This document shows positions 15,984 to 29,433 of a stretch of DNA of 64,000 nucleotides, in pieces. Each line of letters starts with the position of its first letter. The first letter of the stretch is position 1. The stretch comes from Antedon mediterranea (taxonomy: Eukaryota > Animalia > Echinodermata). The stretch spans positions 27,100,437-27,164,436 of the forward strand of contig NC_092672.1 of NCBI RefSeq assembly GCF_964355755.1, given 5' to 3'. A program made the position numbers and the translations under genes. The notes below the pieces were generated by a model. That model had not been told where the DNA came from, ran no database searches, and saw only the letters and a program-made list of their open reading frames with translations.

Positions 15984-16872
15984 TACATTATTTAATACAA
16001 TGTTGTAATTGGTCCATTTTCAACTTTGACCATTTATATCTTGAAAACGCTTCATATCCTGATCGGAAAATTCGGGTCTAGTTGGATGGCAATTTGTCTC
16101 CCGTCGGGTGGTGATAACAACCGCCACGGACCAACCCCTCCCCCCCACCCCCCACCTACCACTGGATCTCTATAGTTTAAATAAACTTCGTAGAATATCT
16201 TCAATCTTAGATTTAGACCTTTGCGTGAGAAGTTTGATATGCATGATGTAAAATAAATTGGGTATTATATGGGTATTTCCCAAGGATGCTGTCTTCTGCA
16301 TGTTTATATTATACTTTCATAGTATATCTTGGAATAGTTGATTGTTATTTTTGCTTAAAAGGCTAAGCCTATTATCAGTCTGTTCAATTAATTGTTATTG
16401 CTTATCACATGGTAAATTAACAAGCAAGGTTCATAGATTGCAAACAAATAGATTACACCGAGTGCAAACATGTGTATTTATTACAGAAATCCTGCGTGAG
16501 AAATTTGATATGGGTGAATTAAGATACATTATTCGTACATAACCATACTCCAAAATAATTATAATTGCAGCAATCAATTCAGATGCACTTTTTATGTGTA
16601 GCCAACATATTGTCTGAAGTCAATATTTTGACAGTTTAAGTCATTAACACGAATCATCTCGAATTAAACTATATTAACAGGGGCGGTCGCAGCACTATTT
16701 TAAGAGGGTTGCCCAAAGAGTCCAGGGCTGTAGACACTGAGTATTTGAGCCACAGGAACTCCATCGTGGGGCCTGTGGTGAAGCAAATTGTTAAATGACA
16801 CCTCTAGATGGCCGTAAATGATACTCTCGCATGTAAAATTCATGGCATTTCTAGTTTGCCGGAATTGTCACT

Positions 16873-18160
16873 CTTTTTTTTTTTTTTTTTTTTTTTCTTT
16901 TTGAACACTTTCATATTTAAATTTAAAAAATAGCTTAAAATAATAACACTTTCTTATTAATAGTAATACACAATATACATTTCTCTTAAGAAAAAAATAT
17001 AAATAATTTCATAATGTAATAAATATAAATCTATTTTTTCTTTTCTCTTAAAAACAAAGTCTATAAATAATTTGTTGTCCATTTTTTCTTTTTTAGCATA
17101 TTTCCACTAAAAAATAATTTAATTAAACATAAAACTTTCTTATTCAAATAAATAGTTATAACTTACTAAATAAACAGATGATAAAAGTTCTATAAATTCA
17201 AGATTAAAAAAAAAACATTATATGAAAACAGTGCTTTTATTGAACACTATCATATTTCAATTTAAAAAATAGCTTAAAATAATAACACCTTTTAAATAAT
17301 AATAATATATAATATACATTTCTCTTAAGAACAAACTATAAATAATTTCATGATGTAATAAATATAAATCTACTTTTTCTTTTTTCTTAAAAACAAAGTC
17401 TATAAATAATTTGTTGTCAATTTTTTCTTTTATAACATATTTCAACTAAATAATTTAATTAAACATAAAACTTTCTTATTCAAATAAATAGTTTAACTTA
17501 CTAAATAAACAGATCATAAAAGTCTATAAATAATTCAGGATTAAAAAACATAATATAACAAACAGTACTAAGTCCTTTTTTTTTTTAATGCAAAGTTACC
17601 AGTCAATAAGTTCATGTTTTTCCAAGAAAGGACTCCATTTGTTTAAGTAAGTATGATGCTCCCCTTTAGTTTTCAAAATAAATTCTTCTTGTTTAACGTG
17701 TAACTTAATCTCATTCACGAATCGAGCAATATTAGGCTTAATTTTTCTCATTTTACAGCTATATATGTAGTGTCGACAAATTAGTAAAATAGTATTTAGG
17801 GCTTTAAATGTTTTTTTTGTAACTCCAAAAAGGCATAATTCGGGGTTGATAATTACATTTATATTAAAATATGATTTCAACCATTGTTTAATCTTTCTCC
17901 AAAATATTTTAATTTCACAGCATTGTGCAAAAATATGTATTAAGGTTTCTGTTTCTGCTTTACATAAAGCACATAAAGGTGAGTCAATTTTCCCAATTTT
18001 ATACAAAAAGGAGTTATTACCTAAAATGCTATGCACAATTTTATATTGAAACCAGATTAGTGGTGTGGACATAGTAAGTGAGAAAAACATGGTATTAATA
18101 ATTTCCCACTCTTTATCAACATATAAAGTATCCAATGCCTTCTCCCAGGCCTTCACCCAA
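16873..18160 (-). mobile_element. L1/Tx1-clade LINE 3' fragment (zf-RVT C-terminus, duplicated AT-rich 3' UTR, poly(A))
   Basis: WFQYKIVHSILGNN..L.K......CALCK...ETLIHIFAQC..IKIFW...YIYSCK...KW; tandem duplicate of about 340 bp at 16905-17570; T run at 16873-16902. Confidence 0.85.
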
Positions 18161-18188
18161 CCCAGCAGACTTGTTCTTGGCTATATAA

Positions 18189-18381
18189 TATAACAGATAT
18201 TGCCTTTTATATCGGTTAAATATAAGATTTGACATCCCCTCGGGAATGATATTAAGTTCTCGGGGAATATATATTTCCCTCAGCTGGCGCTTCGGGAAAT
18301 GTATATTCCCTCGAACTTAATATCATTCCCTCGGGGATGTCAAATCTTATATTTAACCTCTAAGCGATCAATATCTGTATA
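18189..18381. mobile_element. Palindromic hairpin MITE
   Basis: Arms of about 90 bp (ggttaaatataagatttgacatcccc... / ...ggggatgtcaaatcttatatttaacc) around a short loop. Confidence 0.75.
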
Positions 18382-18878
18382 ATATTGTATGTTGCAAATT
18401 TTGTATATTTTTATTAGTCTGAAGGTACATGCATGTAAAAGTTACCCAAAATCTGGCCTTTGGCCACTAGTGGTAACTAGTTGCATGGTGGTTTTTGGTT
18501 TGTCCCTTTTTAATGTTTTATATGAAATAAAGAAATAATAATAATAATAATAACAATCTCTGACAAATGTATATCACATGAAATTACTTGATGTGACATT
18601 CTCATAATACTCTGACTTGGACGCATCAAGTTAACAATGTGACCTCAAAATATAACAAAATGAAGGGTTTATGCAGTATGCAGTAATAATACTGAAAAGC
18701 AATTGTAATACAAATTCAATTTTACCTGTAAATAATTTTGCATTTTTATTTTTATAAAATCCTTTAAATAATACATTTTAATGTATTGTATATTTAATAC
18801 TAATTTATTCATTGAAACAGAATTCAATAATAATATTTTTTTTGTATATAAACATATTTTTTTCATATTTTAATGTTA

Positions 18879-20055
18879 TCTATATATAAATTTACGTAAG
18901 GGCAAAAATCGGTAAATCGTGCGTTATTTCTAGAATGTTTACGCGATGGTATATAAAGTTGGTTCGTACTTTCGGTACTAATTTTAACCACCTGATGTAA
19001 CCCTGTTTACTAATTAAATTGAGTTCGATAATTAGTTATTGACGATTAAAACGAATTTAGGTTCAAAGATTTGCCCCAAATAGGGGTGTTTTCCGATCGT
19101 GGTATACACTGTCTAATGGATGTCAATTTGAAAAATACCCGCACACAATAATACGAGGACGCTTCGCATTTTCCTATCTCCTCCTACGATAATTGTTTTT
19201 AATAGCTGAAAACCGGTTGAACAGTTCGAGTACAGCATCATGATGTTGAAGACAGGCCGATTTTCTTTAAAAAATGCTATTTTGATACATGTAATATACG
19301 TTTTTACAAATGTATTGATTTGTGATGAATGGAACATTCCAAATTATTTGGTTTAACCATAGAGGTATAGATTTAGATTTATGGGCCCCCTTGGAGAATA
19401 AACATAAATAGTATTGCAATGCTGTACAATACTGTTAAGGTATTGTTAGATTATAAACATATAATATACAAATAAATAAACGTTATTACTGACAGTTGCT
19501 TCTCAACGTTTGTATTAATTAATAATTTAAAAATATAAAAACGTACGTAGTGGTACGTGTATCGTTACATGTACTTTACTTTTTCAATAGACTATGACAG
19601 TGAGAGTTTTAACAAAGTATTAAATCGTAAATGTTTTACTGTATTTAGTGGTATATTATTTATAGGCCTATAAAACATTTAAAACAATATTTCGTTACTG
19701 AGTGGATAAGAATATATTTTAAAATGTTTCCTCTTTGTACCTATCTTCTTCCCCCATCCCTCAACCCTTAATGTTACATACAAAACACAAATTGGGTTTG
19801 TTTAAATGAGTCCAAATAAAAAAATTTGACTCATTTTGTTTCTCTCTCGGAAGTAATTCCCAGGGTGCTAATTTTAGCTGACTACATAAATCATCGTGTA
19901 TATTTATTCGTTTCTGTAAACGACAATGTATTATAGTCCTGCAGTACGTACCTTTGAAATCTCCATTTTTTTCTCGCTGGAAAATACTGTGTATTCGAGA
20001 ACCATCTGTGGGCACGACCTAGATGGTACGCGAGCGAAGCGAGCGTGCCATCTAG
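18879..20055 (+). mobile_element. Non-autonomous Helitron, unit 1 of a tandem pair
   Basis: A|TCTATATATAAA 5' end; 3' hairpin-like ggtacgcgagcgaagcgagcgtgcc followed by CTAG. Confidence 0.85.
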
Positions 20056-22604
20056 TCTATATATAAATTTACGTAAGGGCAAAATTCGGTAAATCACGCC
20101 TTACTTCTAGAATTTTCACTCGATGGTATGTAAAGTTGGTTCGTACTTTCGGTACTTATTTTAACCGCCTGATGTAACCCTGTTTACTAATTAAATTGAG
20201 TTAGATAATTAGTTATTGACGATTAAAACGAATTTAGGTTCAAAGATTTGCCCCAAATAGGGGTGTTTTCCGATCGTGGTATACACTGTCTAATGGATGT
20301 CCATCTTGAAAAATACCCGCCAAAAAAATGCGAGGAGGCTTCGCATTTTTCTATCTCCTCCTACGATAATTGTTTTTAATAGCTGAAAACCGGTTGAACA
20401 GCTAGAGTACACCATCATAATGTTGAAGACAGGCCGATTTTCTTTAAAAAATACTATTTTGATAGATTTAATATACGATTATACAAATGTATTGATTTGC
20501 GATGAATGGAACATCCCAATCTCTCAGTCTGCCAGAGTTGGTTTAACACAAGTACTGTAGGTAAATTTATGAGCCCTTGGTTTAACACATACGGTAGGTA
20601 AATATATGGGCCCTTTGAGAATAAACTTGCAATACTTTGACAATACTGTAAATACCTATTAACTATTTTTCATTTGAATCGAACATTTCTTACTGTGAAT
20701 GTTCGTACTGTTAGATGTAATATAAAAATATATACAAATAAACTTTATTACTGAGACTGTGGAGGGCTCTACTGTTAGATATACAAATAAACTTTATACT
20801 GACAGTTCCTTCTCAACGTTTGTATTAATTAATAATTACCAAAAATATAAACGTCGTAGTGGTGTATCGTGACATGTACTTTAATATTTCAATCGATTAT
20901 GACAGTGACAATTTTAACAAAGTATTAAATCGCAAATGTTTTAGGCCTACTGTATTTAGAGGTATATTATTTATAGGCCTATAAAACATGAACAAAATAT
21001 TTCGTTACTCAGTGGATAAAGAATATATTTAAAAATTGTTCCTCTTTGTACCTATCCGCTTTCCCATCCCTCAACCCTAATGTTACATAGCGAGGAGGCT
21101 TCGCATTTTCCTATCTCCTCCTACGATAATTGTTTTTAATAGCTGAAAACCGGTTGAACAGCTAGAGTACACCATCATAATGTTGAAGACAGGCCGATTT
21201 TCTTTAAAAAAATACTATTTTGATAGATTGCTAGAGTACACCATCATAATGTTGAAGACAGGCCGATTTTCTTTAAAAAATACTATTTTGATAGATTTAA
21301 TATACGATTATACAAATGTATTGATTTGCGATGAATGGAACATCCAGTAGTTTGGTTTAACACAAGTACTGTAGGTAAATTTATGAGCCCTTGGTTTAAC
21401 ACATACGGTAGGTAAATATATGGGCCCTTTGAGAATAAACTTGCAATAGGTTCGGAAAATGTTAAAAACCAATTTCTATTATTTGAATCGGTAAACAGTT
21501 TCCATTTATTATACATTGATAATGAAACATGAAATATTCCTATTTATGTCCCTCGAGGTTCATTACAATTTATATTTAGTAGTCCCACGGACTTCATCTT
21601 AGCCACTCCCCCGAGTGCTAAGGCCAAATTTATGATACCCTACTTTCTATGTAGTTACAGTTAGTTCTTGACGATAATAATAATACAACGAATTTAGGTT
21701 ACACCCTTCGGCCGCAAAAACGTTTCTGTACAAATATGATACCGATTGGCTTTATTTCATTCAACAGCGACCATAATCTCGGCAATTACAGGATAGATAA
21801 ACTATTTTATTATTGATGTGCTTATAAATTAAGACTCATGTAAACAGCTTGATTACATCATTTTACAGACAAACGAAACTTTTTTAAACCTACTGTTTCA
21901 ATAACTGAGTATAATACTGTATACGTTTTCATAAGTAAGTGCATATACATTTTCGTGTTTTCATTGACGAGATTGTAATAGTAACTTCAGTAACTATTAC
22001 AGTACTTATTTATTATACGACACAAGACAATTGTATCTGACAGGTACGTACATTATTCTAAAAAATAAGTCTAGATAGATCCCTTAGGCGTCATAAATCA
22101 CAGGCCAACAAATCAGTACTCATGACAGAAATTCGACCCAGTTTGGTTCACACAAATGTTTACAGGAAGTTCAACACCACAACCGATGATTTGCCCTAAA
22201 TATTTAGGTAGACTACAGTTTAATTTTTCACTGAATAGGAGCTTGAATTTCCGATTTCCATTTCGCAGAATGTCTAGGTCTATTTATTTAGTTTGGTTCT
22301 TATAATATATAAATACAATCAACTTTATTACTGCGGTTCCATCACCACCACCACGTGCTGCCGCCCAATTCCCGTACATACATTTCCATTTCTCCCTAAT
22401 TTCTTTAATCCACATAAATTAATTGTCCTTTATGGAATCCAGTATTGGTTTTGTTGTCTCTATTTCTGAATACCCCAATTAGGGGGACACTTCCGTTTTT
22501 GTTTAGTGTCCCAAAAAAGTCCCCGTCCGTGGATTCTACTGTATTCGAGAACCATCTGTGAGCACCCCTAGATGGTACGCGAGCGAAGCGAGCGTGCCAT
22601 CTAG
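20056..22604 (+). mobile_element. Non-autonomous Helitron, unit 2 (internal duplications plus about 1.1 kb extra sequence)
   Basis: Begins TCTATATATAAA immediately after the CTAG of unit 1 and ends with the same hairpin and CTAG|T; 20331-20630 is re-duplicated at 21091-21446. Confidence 0.85.
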
Positions 22605-24236
22605 TTTCTAATAATTATTGAATGTACTGGACGTTAGAGTGGAGGGGCACACCATTCCCGGTGATAGTGGTTATTGCATTGCTCTTCCTCCACCTCTCTT
22701 CCTTTGTTTTTACATCATGTTTGTTTTTGTGTTCTGTTTATTTGTCTCCAAACTGTCATAAAAAAATATATAAAAAATAACCATTGCAATGAAAGGTATT
22801 GGTATATTGGTTAATAGAGACTTGTTAATAATGCATTGTGGTTCATGACCCGAATATGTTCTTCTAATTTAACCACATCAATAAAAGTCTACAACACTGC
22901 TTCATTTACAGTATAGTCTTTCCATGGAGAAATATTAATATTACTGTCTGTTCTAACCATAGATACATTCATTTTAGGATTTTATTATAGTTTACTGTTC
23001 TTCAGGGGCTAATTAAAAGTCAGTTTAAACATGATTATGAATACAACAATCTTGTGCCCTCAATTTCTAAAAGTATTATTTTTTATCTGTCTTGTAGTTA
23101 CCATACTGTGAAAGGTGTAGTAATTAAACTAAAATACTAGTTGAATATCAATCAATCAATCAATATAAACTGGACTCAATGATTAATAATCATATTTCAA
23201 TTTCCCAATGGTACTTTAACAACTTTTAGGGGCTATAACGCAATGTAATTACAGAGAGTAATCATGTGTATATCTTTTTAAAATGAATTGTATATAAGTG
23301 CATAGACCGTGGACAAGTTTTTGTGACATCATATATAAAGTCAATAAGCATATTATGTGAATAAACACTAAATATGAAAATAGACTGTAAGGAGTGGTAG
23401 GCAGTTGGTGCTACAAATTGGTTGAATTTTTAGTTGATTTGTAAAGTCAGTATAGTTTCAATTTCAAGTCCAAGTTGAGTCATTATTATATAAATGTGCA
23501 CTGCACTGTAGTTCATATTAAAAGATGAACATCAATTTACATTATTTGCATACTCAGATTTAATGCTTCAGCCTTTACAGTATTAGTTTCTATCTTTTAA
23601 ACATTAAGAGTGAGAGCAAGACTATTACATGGCTAAAGACAATTATTTATTTTAGAGATTAAGAGTGGGATCAAGATGATAAAAATTGAAAAATCCACAC
23701 CGGCTAATTGTTCAAATATTAATTCTACATTTTTCTATTTAGGTAATTTATATTTTTTAACATTGGGGTACGGTAAACAAACAAATAGCATTGAACGTGT
23801 ATCCATAATCACCAAAGATATAATTATGAATGCCTCTAAAAAGTGTTATTTGTTAAATTTTGGGTTTTTTATTGATCTTTTAGGATTTATATTAAAATAG
23901 TAATCGTGACATGTTTCAATCTTAACGCCTACGAGTTGGTTTTGCACACTTGTTGTTAAAATCCCTTGATTTGATTGGTTACATCTGTTGGTATATAGAT
24001 GCATTGTCAGATTTTAAAATCATTTTACGGTGCTGAGAATTGTTGACGTTGAACTACGAAGTACATTGTGTTCTCGTCAAAATACAGGAACTAAGGGAAG
24101 AGTGAGTAAAGTCTCACTCTTCCCTGGGCACAAGAAAGAAAAGAAATTATTATTTCAGTCTTACATCAATAACAAGTATAAGGTTAGTTAATGATCATTT
24201 TCTCTTATTAAGCTGTAATGTAGTAACATTTATAAT

Positions 24237-27200
24237 AACTAGATTTAATTCGTCACTATGACGAATTATAGGTTATATGCATTGATTTAGATAAAGATAA
24301 TTGATTTTAAAAGATATATTGATTGATTGATTTTCTCAGAATCTTTAATTATTTATAATATATGATAGGTCCTTGCTAACGCGAGCACCATAGCCGGTAT
24401 CACAATCCGATCAAAGATCCATATGCGTATAATGTCATAAACCACATTTGTTGTTACATGATAATAAAGACATAAGTTAATTTTATCTAGATTTCATTAT
24501 AATTCATGTGTATAATCTATACACTAAGAAATAAATTTGAACAAACAATACGGAAAATAAAAAAAATCTTATTTAGTTCCCAAGGTGAGACTCGATCTCG
24601 GTACCTTGAATGCCATAGACACGAGCACAGACCATTGAGCCATACACAACTGACTAAAAGTTGCAGAAAAATTCCTCCGTGTATTTACTATGCAGTAACC
24701 ACTTTGGTGCAAATAGATTTTTACATACCGCAATGAATTATAATTTTTTACTATGATGACATCTTTAAAATGTAAACAAATGATGCACTGTCAAACTATA
24801 TACTTTTAACTTTAATATATGAACTTTTGAAGGAAGAAAGTTAATGTTAAGTTTGTTATTTTGGCCTAAGAAAATGTCATAATTTGTTTGATTGTCGAAA
24901 TTATTTTTTTTAAATTTAATATGCAATTAATGATGACTTAATCAACTTTTGTTCTCTTAATTTGATAATAAATCATATATATGATACATACACTTCAAGA
25001 AAATGAAATAAAAAATAGGTGTTCCCCTGCATTCTGACGATATATATTAATTTTAAAATTTAGCATATTTTCACCATTTTGTTAACTTATACGTGCGTAG
25101 CCAGTCACTTTTGACGTGGTCGTATAACGCAATTTCGAGTTGAAATGTGAATCAAATATGATGATATTAATAAAGAAAGATTGTAAAACAGAAATCGGGC
25201 ATAAAGAGTGCGCATTAACGTTTAACGCGCAGTGCGCGTGCAAAAATCTGCGCACTCATGGCAATTTTTTAATCGCTTAAAATTGCATGAAACGTACTCT
25301 AATTTCAACGAAAATAAATTTTGACCATTTTGAACATTTTAAGCGCGCGTACGCAAGCGTTATATGCGCTACGCACGTGATTGTATTGCCATATGATGAA
25401 ATATGACCTGAAATTTATGAGTACCAAATTTTGTTTAATTGTGATTCATGCTTGTGAAGATATGATTACAAACGTGATTTCGTAAAATCGCGCGTAGACC
25501 GCGTAATTTTTGATTGCGCATCGTGAAAATATAACCACATAAGGAATATACTCTAAAAACTTGACTTAGCTAGATGAAACTGATGCCAAGATAATTCACG
25601 GACAAAATAGTGCTAAGGAAAGAATAAACTAGACATGAAACTCGTCACTTTGACGAGTTAGTTATCCGCTCGACAAACGCCACGTGCACGTCATACGTTG
25701 GAATGACCTGAACTGAAGAATATGATATGTTGTTAGTGCTAAATTCTGTCTATTTTGTGTCATATAGTATATACATTTTAAAGTACACAGTATAATCTGT
25801 ATACACGTAATTTAAATTTTTAGGCATGATTATGTCATAAAAATTAAATATTTTTAACACATGCATAAGATAGTTGATTGACCTAGACAATATTAAAATC
25901 TCGGAGAAAAAGGAATACAGATAAGCGTGATGCGCTCCATTTAATGTGATGAGCAATAAATGAAAGAGACAAAAATCATATATTTTACATTCGTGTGGCC
26001 ATATGATGATGTCACAATGTCCGGTTAGCCATATTGATTAATGATCCTATATCTACAACTCATCACCTTCCAGAATATGTAAGTAAAAAAAAGTTTACCT
26101 CGTAGTTTAGAATCTATGATTGTTTAAAAAAAGGCATAATTTTGACGAATTTTTGAATTATTTCTTTAAAAACACGCACAAATTGTATAATTCGACGTGC
26201 TCGTATGACGTAATTGTAAGTCTAAATTGTTTTAAAATTTGATAAAATTACTATAAAAGGCTGGAAAGACATAATTCACGCAAAAAAAGATGTTTTTAGC
26301 GCTACGTGCGGACCACGCGCGTAAAATTGTTCGCGCGCGTGGGAATTTTTGACATGCTCAAAATGTCATGATCAGCGTAGAAAATTGATTAGAAATTAAT
26401 TTTGCGCATTTTAAATTTTAAATGCGCGTGCGTGCGTAACTTCGTTTAAAAAATGCCATTTTTAGTGCACAAAAAGTTAGCGCAAGATATAAATTAAACT
26501 TTTGCTAAGTTTCAACTTACATAGTTATATGGTTTTCAATCTATGTTAAATACGGGAAATTCATAAAATCACGCGTAAGTCACGTTACGCATTTCTGACG
26601 TCATTCACAATAGTAGGTGCACAACTTCACGTGAATGCCCATATGTTGACAAAGTTATGAAATGTTATGTTTACACATTTTTTATATAAGTGAGACACAA
26701 AAATAGAGGAGAAATGCGCGTGCGCGCGTAACGTCTTGTAAAACATGGCATTTTTAATCCACAAAAAGTTTGCCCTTGATATGACTTAAATTTTCAGAAA
26801 GTGTCAAAATAAAATTATGCTTGGTTTTTAGCCTATGATCAATCATACAAAATCATAAAATCGCACGTAAGTCACGTTGCGCAACTCTGACGTCATTCAA
26901 AATAGGAGGTGCACAACTTCATGTAAATGCCCATATGTTGACAAAGTTATGAAATGTTATGTATACAAGTTTTTGAGATACGCGAGACACAAAAATGGAG
27001 GAGAAAGAAAAAAGAACTAGACATGAAACTCGTCATTTTGACGAGTTAGTTATCCGCTCGACAAACGCCACGCGCACGTCATACGTTGGAATTTTGCACA
27101 CAGAAAAAGATTATGGCATTATTACCTGAACTGAAGAATATGATGTGTTGTTAGTGCTGAATGCTGTATATTTTGTGTCATATAGTATACACAGTATAAT

Positions 27201-28499
27201 CTGTATACATGTCACAAACAGTGTAAAATAGGTGAAATTACGGGACCCGTATTTTATTTTAATTTTCAAAAGGAAACGCGAAGGTACAGTAGTAATTTCG
27301 GAAGAAAATTATCTCAGCAACAACATATTAACGTTTAGAAGAAATTTGAATACGTGAAATATTAATGCGCGCTTTTTTAAATGTAATGAACTATGACGCA
27401 AAAGATGAAAATATGACTTTGTTTATTTAACTGGCCATATGATGACGTCACAACATCTGATTGGCGAAAAGTTCACATGATTTCGTATCTACAATCCCAT
27501 AGCTTCCTGAAAACGTTTTAATCGTGATTATCACATTTTATTCTTACGAGCTATAACAGATTAAAATTTACTGTAAAGATGAAATTAATGATGCTGTTAA
27601 TTAAAATTTTTGGGCATGGTGACGTCATAAAAATTAAAATATTTTTAACTCATGCGTAAGATAGTTGATTGACCTAGACAATATTAAAATCTCAGAGAAA
27701 AAGGAATACAGATAGGCGTGATGCGCTCCATTGAATATGATGAGCAATAACGAAAGAGACAAAAATCCTATATTTTACATTCGTGTGGCCATACGATGAC
27801 GTCACAATGTCCGGTTAGCCATATTGATTCATGATCCGATTTCTACAACTCATCAACTTCCAGAATATGTAACACAATTAATGTAAAAGAAATGCTCATA
27901 CGCGTTCCCTGCGCCGTGCGCGCCTAAAAATGTGCGCACCAGTGGGAAGTTTCTAAACGCTTGAAATGACCTGAAACGTGCTCTAATTTAAGCAGAAATT
28001 AATTTGAAGCATTTTAAAATTTCAAACGCCATTTACGCGCACACTTTCTAATGTTACATGCCATTTTTAATCCATAGAAAGTTAGCTTATGATGTAAATT
28101 AAACTTTGGCTAAGTTTCAATTTAAAATGTTATTTGGTTTTTGACCTATGTTAAATACGCGAAATTCATAAAATCGCGCGAAAATCACGTTGCGCAATTG
28201 CAAACGTCGTGAAAACCTTCGCTGCACAACTTCACGTGAATGGCGATATGTTGAGAAAGTTACGAAACGTTATGTTTGCAATTGTTTTTGAGATACGCGT
28301 GACACAAAAATTACAGAAAGAAGAATGGGGTAAAAAAAAAAATATGATTTCGTACAATTACAAGAGGTTATCCAGCAAAAAAAAAAAAAAAAAGTAACAC
28401 TACAATAACAAAGGTTATCCGCTTGAGGCGGATAACCAATAAATAAATAAAGATTCTGACAGGATCAAGAGGTTATATGCATTAATGCATATAACCTAA
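24237..28499 (-). mobile_element. Helentron/HINE element (outer)
   Basis: 3' end aactag + hairpin taattcgtca-cta-tgacgaatta + subTIR taggttatatgcatt; 5' end perfect palindrome aggttatatgcattaatgcatataacct + aa. Confidence 0.75.
25627..28439 (-). mobile_element. Helentron/HINE element(s) nested in the outer HINE, with two tandem 3' ends (25627 and 27015)
   Basis: aactagacatgaaactcgtca.tttgacgagttagttatccgc occurs twice; 5' end ggttatccgc-ttgag-gcggataacc-aa; internal repeats of about 300 bp. Confidence 0.75.
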
Positions 28500-29433
28500 T
28501 TATGTTTGTGATTACAGAAAACAATTTAGGCCTACTCTTAATGGGGTGCAATCAGGTGGTATCATAGATAGATAAAAGCGTTTAATTTATTTCAATATAA
28601 ACTTGTCTAGTTATTAATAAATGTGTAAAAGATGTTATTCTGTGAATTAAGCAGAGAGTAGGACAATTTTTTTTTCGTCTAGCTCATATTTCCGTTTTTA
28701 AGAAGCTGTGGTTTGCGCAAGTAGGGCTTAAAAAAGAACAAACTAACAAATCTTTTTTTTATAATGCCGTACCCCAGCTGGGTAGAACGAGTACTTGTAA
28801 CGGTCCGTCTGCGCGTTCATCGTCCTCATCCTACCACTTCTAACGATAACGGAGCTGATAAAGTCGTTATGAAGAGGATGATTGGTGTCTTCCAATATAG
28901 CATGGAACACATCGGCAAGACGTTCGCTGTATAAAAAGTCAAGCGTTTGAACAGACGAACCAATACATTTCCCCGCTTTACCCAGCACCTTTTCAATTCG
29001 GTGGTTATCCCCCTTACTGATATTCCCTGCCCAGCCCAACATACAATAACACCAAAATATATAACATCACTGATGAGTAGGCCTAAAACATTCTACAAAT
29101 ATCTTGCTTTACCCAAAATGAACCGAGTTTCCTCAGGCAGTAGGCCTACAGCCTTGTATTTAACTTCTTAACTATATTATGGTCAACATGATCCACCCAT
29201 TTAAGCTTATAATAGTCAAACACTACTCACAGATACTTATAATTGTTAAAAATCTTTACCTCCTTTCCATTAACGTATACCGGGTCCATACAGCCAGACC
29301 TATTGTGTTTTTGAAAATCAATCCGCATTTCTTTCGTTTTATTTATGTTTAGTTCAAGAAAAGTATTGCCACAGTAATCGGAAAATTTCACGCATTCCGC
29401 GCCACACTTACTTCATATCATTACTTTTAAATT

